Below, one piece after another: positions 58,741-64,000 of a stretch of 64,000 nt of DNA. The stretch lies in the NCBI GenBank assembly GCA_032250835.1, contig JAVVEA010000017.1:9556-73555 (forward strand), written 5' to 3'. Below the pieces are notes generated by a model that worked only from the letters and a program-made list of their open reading frames with translations, was not told the DNA's origin and made no database searches. A program made the translations under genes and the position numbers. Origin of the DNA: a bacterium. Its GTDB lineage: Bacteria > SAR324 > XYD2-FULL-50-16. Numbering within the stretch: position 1 is the stretch's first letter; each line of letters opens with the position of its first letter.

Positions 58741-58989
58741 ATGATCGAAAAAACCTTGAAGAAAATCTCAGCTCAATTGGAACTGTTTGCAAAAAACGGC
58801 ATCAGCATCCTGCGCGCCCTGGACATTTTGGAAGCCTCTACCCAAGACGTAGAAGAAATCATCTGTTTGAATACGCTGCGCGAATCTCTGGTTGAAGTAG
58901 CCAGCAGCGACAAGAAGAAAACCAGCAAGAGCTTGGTCAACTTTGCAAAACCCCGGCACGAAGGGCTGCAAGCAGTTGGTATGGCTTAA
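58741..58989 (+). CDS. Hypothetical protein (82 aa)
   Basis: A GGAGAAAG RBS precedes the ATG. Confidence 0.4.
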   Translation: MIEKTLKKISAQLELFAKNGISILRALDILEASTQDVEEIICLNTLRESLVEVASSDKKKTSKSLVNFAKPRHEGLQAVGMA

Positions 58990-59291
58990 TCAGCTTGTTT
59001 CTTGGATTGTTTTAGAGAACCACAGATCGGTTAGGTATCATTGAATACGACCCTGTTAAAAAATGCGGGGGTTTGACGCATCGGACGCTCAAACCTCCGT
59101 TTTTTTTTGCCCGCTAATTTTCCCCCTCCCGCCCCTGAACGCCCCCAACCCCGCCGCTCGAATTTTACAATTTTGACAAAATCGCCCGGTTCTTGACCGC
59201 TAGCTTCCAGCTTTAAGGTAGCCCAGGCTTGATGGTGGCAAATATCTTGCTTAATAGAAGGTAAGGCCCTAGGCGTATCCCCTAAGCGCGC

Positions 59292-60416
59292 TTGGTCATT
59301 GTTGAAAAAAACCATATACTTAACCCAGGTATACCTTTGAACCGACTAGCACGATTGCTGTTGGGCCTCGCCATTTTTGTTCCTTCGCTTACCCAAGCGG
59401 CGGATCAAAGTGCCTTAGAGCGCCCCTTTCTGGTCGGTCCCCACTACCCTTTGGCCTACCGCACCACTACCTTTGAGCCCGACCGTGCGTTCAACTTAAA
59501 GCCCGGCCAGGACTTCCTTCAACTCTCCTACACCCGGCTTAACTCTTACGTCTATTCGGCCAACAGCGACAAAGCCGATAACCCCGGCGGTGACCCCAGC
59601 GTCTTTAACGCCACCGATTCACAGGGTTATTCGGTCTATTTTGACGGAGAGATCGACCGGCGGTTTTTCCGGTGGTACCACGGTTTTAGCGAAGGGATCG
59701 AAATCCAGCTCACCTACCGGGACCTGCGTTTTATCCCCGGTGACCTGGACGCCACCATCGAGAGCTTCCACAAAACCCTAGGCATCGGCAACCAAGGGCG
59801 CGATCAGACCGACCGGGACCAACTCGCGGTCTATCTTTACGACAACCAAACGGGCCAGTTGGTTTTTGCCGTAACCGAAGGCAGTTCCAAATTCCAGCGC
59901 GAGTCGATGACCTTAGGCCTCAAATTCGCCCTGCGCAAAACGGCCACCGAGGCCCTTGCTTTCACCATCAGCAGCAACTTCAACGACCAATTTATTGAAA
60001 ACAATATCAACGAGCTATCCAGCGGGTCCGTAGAACACAAGAACTTTAACGACTTCAACTATTCATTGCTCTATACCAGCGTATTTTCCGACTGGGCCCT
60101 ACATGGTGGCGTTTCGCTGGCCCAGATCTCCGATTCGACCCTAGCCAACGGCCCCAAGGAGATGTATTATTTCTTCTTAGGAACCGACTGGACCCTGAGC
60201 GAACACTGGCATGCCTTGATTCAAGCGCTCGAATACACCTCCCCCTTTCCTGAGGATAACTCCTCTACCATCAGCGCCGACGTGCGCGAGGTTACCTTGG
60301 GGTTGAGGTTGCTCATGGGACCCACGGCCCTTGAGTTTGGAGCTATCGAGAACCAGAGCCAAGGCCCCCAGAACATTGACATTGCTTTTTTTAGCAACTT
60401 CATGTTTTCCTTTTAG
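59292..60416 (+). CDS. Hypothetical exported/outer-membrane protein (ends in F-S-F)
   Basis: It has a signal peptide and a beta-rich C-terminus. Confidence 0.45.
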   Translation: MVIVEKNHILNPGIPLNRLARLLLGLAIFVPSLTQAADQSALERPFLVGPHYPLAYRTTTFEPDRAFNLKPGQDFLQLSYTRLNSYVYSANSDKADNPGGDPSVFNATDSQGYSVYFDGEIDRRFFRWYHGFSEGIEIQLTYRDLRFIPGDLDATIESFHKTLGIGNQGRDQTDRDQLAVYLYDNQTGQLVFAVTEGSSKFQRESMTLGLKFALRKTATEALAFTISSNFNDQFIENNINELSSGSVEHKNFNDFNYSLLYTSVFSDWALHGGVSLAQISDSTLANGPKEMYYFFLGTDWTLSEHWHALIQALEYTSPFPEDNSSTISADVREVTLGLRLLMGPTALEFGAIENQSQGPQNIDIAFFSNFMFSF

Positions 60417-60476
60417 AAGAAGCCGGGAAATCCCGGTTCCGCCTGACTTCAAACCACCCAAACCAATAGCCCCTCT

Positions 60477-61859
60477 ATGGACCTGCTGGTACAAAAATAC
60501 GGCGGAACCTCCGTCGGCACCGCCGATCGTCTCTTAAACGTCGCTAAGATCGTTGCCCAATCCAAAGAAGCCGGAAACCGCGTGGCCGTGGTTTTGAGCG
60601 CCATGAGCAGTCACGTCAAGGCCGAAGGGACCACCTCTCGCCTGTTAGAAGCCTCACAGGCGGCAATCGACGGTGGAGCTTACTATAAAATCATCGACCT
60701 GATCGAAGCGCGCCACTTAGAAGCCATCGAAGGAGCCATCAAGAGCCGTGAGATCCGCGCCGAGGTGGTTGACGACGTGGAAGGACAGTTCCACCGCCTC
60801 AAGTCCTTCTTAGATGCCATCAACGTGATCGGCGAGATCAGCCCGCGCAGTAATGACGTGATCATCGGCACCGGGGAAAAGCTATCGGCCCGGATCTTCA
60901 CCGGCGTCTTGCAAGACCAAGGAATCGACGCGGTCTACTGCAACTTAGAAAGCTTGATCGACGAGCCCTTCACGGAAGTAAACAACGAGTTTTGCGCCTC
61001 CATGCAGGCCAAACTAGCCCAGATTGTACAAGACGCAGGCCCGAAGGTGCCGGTTTTCACTGGTTATTTCGGCTTTGCTCCGGGCGGTATTTTGCGCTCT
61101 GTGGGCCGAGGTTATACCGACTTTACCGCCGCCTTAGTTGCCGCCGGTACCCGCGCCAAAGAATTACAGATATGGAAGGAAGTGGACGGCATCTACAGCA
61201 CCGACCCACGCAAGGTGCCCCAAGCCAAAGTATTGGAGTCGATCACCCCCGAAGAGGCGATGGAACTAACCTACTACGGCTCTGAAGTGATCCATCCTTT
61301 CACGATGGAACAGGTCACCAAAGTGGGCGTGCCGGTGCGGATCAAGAACACCTTCGACGCCAGCGTGCCCGGTACCTTGGTAGACCCCAACGCCGAGGTC
61401 AACCTGACCGGGAAATCGGCCACGGCGGTTACCGTCAAAGGCGGGGTCACGATCCTCAACGTCTACTCAAACCGGATGCTGATGGCCTATGGCTTCATGA
61501 ACCGGGTCTTCGAAATCTTGGGGCGTTATGAGATCATCATCGACTTAATCGCCACCAGCGAAGTCAACATCAGCATGACCATCGACGACACCCGCAACCT
61601 AGACAAAGCCATTGTGGATTTAGAGCGGCTCGGCAAAGTGCAGGTGAAGAAGAACATGGCTATTTTGTCCCTAGTGGGCCACCGGATGCGCCAGACGCCG
61701 GGCATCGCCGGTGATATGTTCAGCCGCCTAGGGGATGCCGGGGTTAACATCGAGCTGATCAGCCAAGGGGCCAGCGAGATCAATATTTCTTGTGCTATCG
61801 CCGACGAGCAGGCCGACAAAGCCCTCAAAGCGGTGCACAAGATTTTAGAAGACGAGTGA
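60477..61859 (+). CDS. lysC: Aspartate kinase
   Basis: It carries the motif KYGGTSVG and C-terminal ACT domains. Confidence 0.85.
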   Translation: MDLLVQKYGGTSVGTADRLLNVAKIVAQSKEAGNRVAVVLSAMSSHVKAEGTTSRLLEASQAAIDGGAYYKIIDLIEARHLEAIEGAIKSREIRAEVVDDVEGQFHRLKSFLDAINVIGEISPRSNDVIIGTGEKLSARIFTGVLQDQGIDAVYCNLESLIDEPFTEVNNEFCASMQAKLAQIVQDAGPKVPVFTGYFGFAPGGILRSVGRGYTDFTAALVAAGTRAKELQIWKEVDGIYSTDPRKVPQAKVLESITPEEAMELTYYGSEVIHPFTMEQVTKVGVPVRIKNTFDASVPGTLVDPNAEVNLTGKSATAVTVKGGVTILNVYSNRMLMAYGFMNRVFEILGRYEIIIDLIATSEVNISMTIDDTRNLDKAIVDLERLGKVQVKKNMAILSLVGHRMRQTPGIAGDMFSRLGDAGVNIELISQGASEINISCAIADEQADKALKAVHKILEDE

Positions 61860-61873
61860 CCCGTACCTAGCCC

Positions 61874-62275
61874 ATGAATCTTTACCGACCTTTACATGCC
61901 ACCACGGCGGTCCTGTTGGGTCTCTTTGGCGCCGCTCATATCGGCTATGGGGAGACCTTATTGGTGGAGCAAATCACCGCTACCGGTGCGGGTGAATCTT
62001 TAGTCGGGTCCCTGCGGGTTATGTCCCTACAAGGGGGCTTGATGCTCTGGTTGGCTGCGGGGATGCACCTCAACGCCGCCCTGGGCCGTTGTAAACTAGT
62101 CGGTGCGCTGGGGCGAATCCCTATCGCAATCATGGGCTTTCAGTTGCTGGGTTTTTTAGTGATCGCCAGCTTGGCCCACCCCGCCCTCTTTGGCATCGCC
62201 GCCCCGCAACTGGGTTTCTTTGCCCTGTTGATGGGCCTGCAATTTTACCTGACCCGACTCCATCCACCTGCCTGA
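61874..62275 (+). CDS. Hypothetical membrane protein
   Basis: The product has four hydrophobic helices. Confidence 0.4.
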   Translation: MNLYRPLHATTAVLLGLFGAAHIGYGETLLVEQITATGAGESLVGSLRVMSLQGGLMLWLAAGMHLNAALGRCKLVGALGRIPIAIMGFQLLGFLVIASLAHPALFGIAAPQLGFFALLMGLQFYLTRLHPPA

Positions 62276-62931
62276 TGAACCTCGCCGACCGGGAAGCGAC
62301 CTTTAAGGCGCTGGCCCTTGCGCACCCGAACCCGGTCAGCGAACTGACCTACCGCAATCCTTTTGAACTGCTGGTGGCGGTGATTTTAAGCGCCCAGGCG
62401 ACGGATATTTCGGTCAATAAGGTCACCCCCAAGCTCTTCGAACAAGCGCCGAACCCGCAAGCCATGAAGGCCCTGGGCGTCGAAGGGGTCAAGCCCTTGA
62501 TCAAGACCATCGGGCTATTTAACAACAAGGCCAAAAATATTGTCTTATGTGCCGCGCAGTTGATCGAGCGGCATGGCGCGGAGGTGCCTGAGGACCGCAA
62601 GGCCCTAGAGGCCCTGGCCGGAGTGGGGGTAAAAACGGCGGGGGTGGTGATGAATGTCGCCTTTGGGGCCCCGGTGATCCCGGTGGACACCCATGTTTTT
62701 CGGGTTTCAAACCGCTTAGGACTGGTCAAGACCGACCAGCCCGAGGCCACCGAAGCCAAGTTGCTCAAGGTGGTGCCCAAGTGGGCCTTGGTGCAGGCGC
62801 ACCACCTGTTGATCCTTCAGGGGCGCTACATCTGCAAGGCCCGCAAGCCCCTATGCGGCGACTGCCAAGTGACTGCCTACTGTGCCTACTTTAAAAAGGA
62901 ACAGAAAAGGGCGGCTAAAAGCGGAAGCTGA
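62275..62931 (+). CDS. nth: Endonuclease III
   Basis: It has an HhH-GPD motif and a C-x6-C-x2-C-x5-C [4Fe-4S] cluster. Confidence 0.85.
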   Translation: MNLADREATFKALALAHPNPVSELTYRNPFELLVAVILSAQATDISVNKVTPKLFEQAPNPQAMKALGVEGVKPLIKTIGLFNNKAKNIVLCAAQLIERHGAEVPEDRKALEALAGVGVKTAGVVMNVAFGAPVIPVDTHVFRVSNRLGLVKTDQPEATEAKLLKVVPKWALVQAHHLLILQGRYICKARKPLCGDCQVTAYCAYFKKEQKRAAKSGS

Positions 62932-63895
62932 TGGTGGCGACCGGGATTTCCACTTTGGACTGTCCTTCAAAAAATTCGGCGTTATTAAAATAGGCATAAG
63001 AAATCAGAATATCCCACCAAGCGTGCAGCGCAATCACCCGCGCCATTTCTCGCTGGTTCACCTCGGGCATGTAGGCGTAGCCCAGATAGACCCCCGAAGC
63101 GAAGGCCGAGAGGCTATTGGCCGAAAGCCCCTGACCATTGTGGGCCAAGCCAAAGACGGCCGCTGAGCCAAAGATCGACAGGTGCCTAGAAGCATTGGGC
63201 GAAAACTCCCAGGCTCTGAAAGAGTCATTAAAGCCTTCAAGCACCAGCCCCCGAAAAAACATTTCTTCACCAAAACCCACCAAATAATATTGTTTCCAGG
63301 CATCATTGTAGAGGTCTGATTTGGTCAGGCCATTGCCCAGGTGGTATTGCACCAATTCGGTTTGAGAGAGCTGAGATAGGCTTAGACTCAACCCTAAGAT
63401 CGGGAAGATAAACCAAGGGTCCTTATAAAGTTGGTCGAAGCGGACTGGTGCGGCGGCGTACTCGAACAACTTGTTGTTGGGCTCGCATCCGTGCAGGTAC
63501 AAATCCCCCCAGGTGATCAGCAACAGGTCACTACCGATGGAGCCATAATATTGGGCTTGGTAGGTTTCTTGGTTCAGGTAGACCCTAGTTTCCTGTTTGC
63601 CTGAAGCGGAATTGTTCGCATCGGTGATCTGATAGACCTATCCGTAATCCTCTTGGTAATCTTCCGACTGGATGGCTTTGAAATATTGTCGGTCCACTGC
63701 CCAGCGGGTTCCGCCGATCAGGCCCATCTTGGCATATTCGCCGTTGATGCCGTAACCCAAACCGGGCATCATCCACTCCAACATTCCTTTGCTAAAACAG
63801 CCCCAGTTTGCGGCCAACGCCGCCTGGGGATGGACAAAGAGGGTAAAAGCTACAAGAATAGCGGCCAAGCCCCTCATGGGATGTTTTAAAGGCAT
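62915..63895 (-). pseudogene. CPBP-family (CAAX) intramembrane protease gene interrupted by a single in-frame TAG at 63638..63640
   Basis: The two ORFs (63638..63967 and 62915..63523) share one frame. The EExxxR, FxxxH and HxxxD CPBP motifs are in the downstream part, and the signal peptide is in the upstream part. Confidence 0.5.
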
Positions 63896-64000
63896 CGGTT
63901 CGGCTCCATGGTGTTTTTTTCTGCTGCCTCTGTTTAGCAAAACGCGCCCCTCAGAGCAATCGGGCAAACCTGCAACCTCCGCTCACATGACCCACAGCCT

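Overview
This is a 64 kb stretch of a roughly 55-58 % GC bacterial chromosome, mostly housekeeping genes with three accessory regions. The first gene is a DcrH-like methyl-accepting chemoreceptor with a C-terminal hemerythrin domain, which suggests an anaerobic or deltaproteobacterial-type host. The housekeeping blocks are def-rnhB, a MinD-like ATPase, a HelD-like helicase, two MscS-family channels, a methionine-salvage mtnB/D/C cluster, a Liv-type ABC transporter, uppS-cdsA-dxr-rseP, lysC and nth.

Three accessory regions stand out. (1) At 10.3-12.3 kb, directly downstream of a sigma-54 enhancer-binding-protein gene, seven tandem minus-strand sORFs encode 26-60 aa single-helix peptides of one family; they have strong RBSs, paralogue pairs that differ only at synonymous sites, terminator hairpins, a conserved TGGCAC-N5-GTGAAA promoter-like motif and TCGGAAC-type palindromes. 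I do not recognise the family, and this is the most likely novel system in the window. (2) At about 24.9-29.4 kb, a low-GC (about 42 %) island abuts tRNA-Leu(UAA) and carries a complete type II CBASS operon (2-TM Cap15-like effector, CD-NTase, Cap2 E1/E2, Cap3 JAB), with a small TIR-like gene at its edge. (3) At 19.5-23.6 kb, a four-gene cluster (papain/C39-like peptidase, RimK-type ATP-grasp ligase, GCS2/YbdK carboxylate-amine ligase, N-formylglutamate-amidohydrolase-like) matches a predicted but uncharacterised peptide-metabolite pathway.

Other points: a CPBP (CAAX) protease gene is interrupted by one in-frame TAG; a phased A-tract lies upstream of a third TGGCAC-N5-TTGAAA promoter; a Phd/ParE toxin-antitoxin pair is present; ThyX carries RHH in place of the RHR motif.
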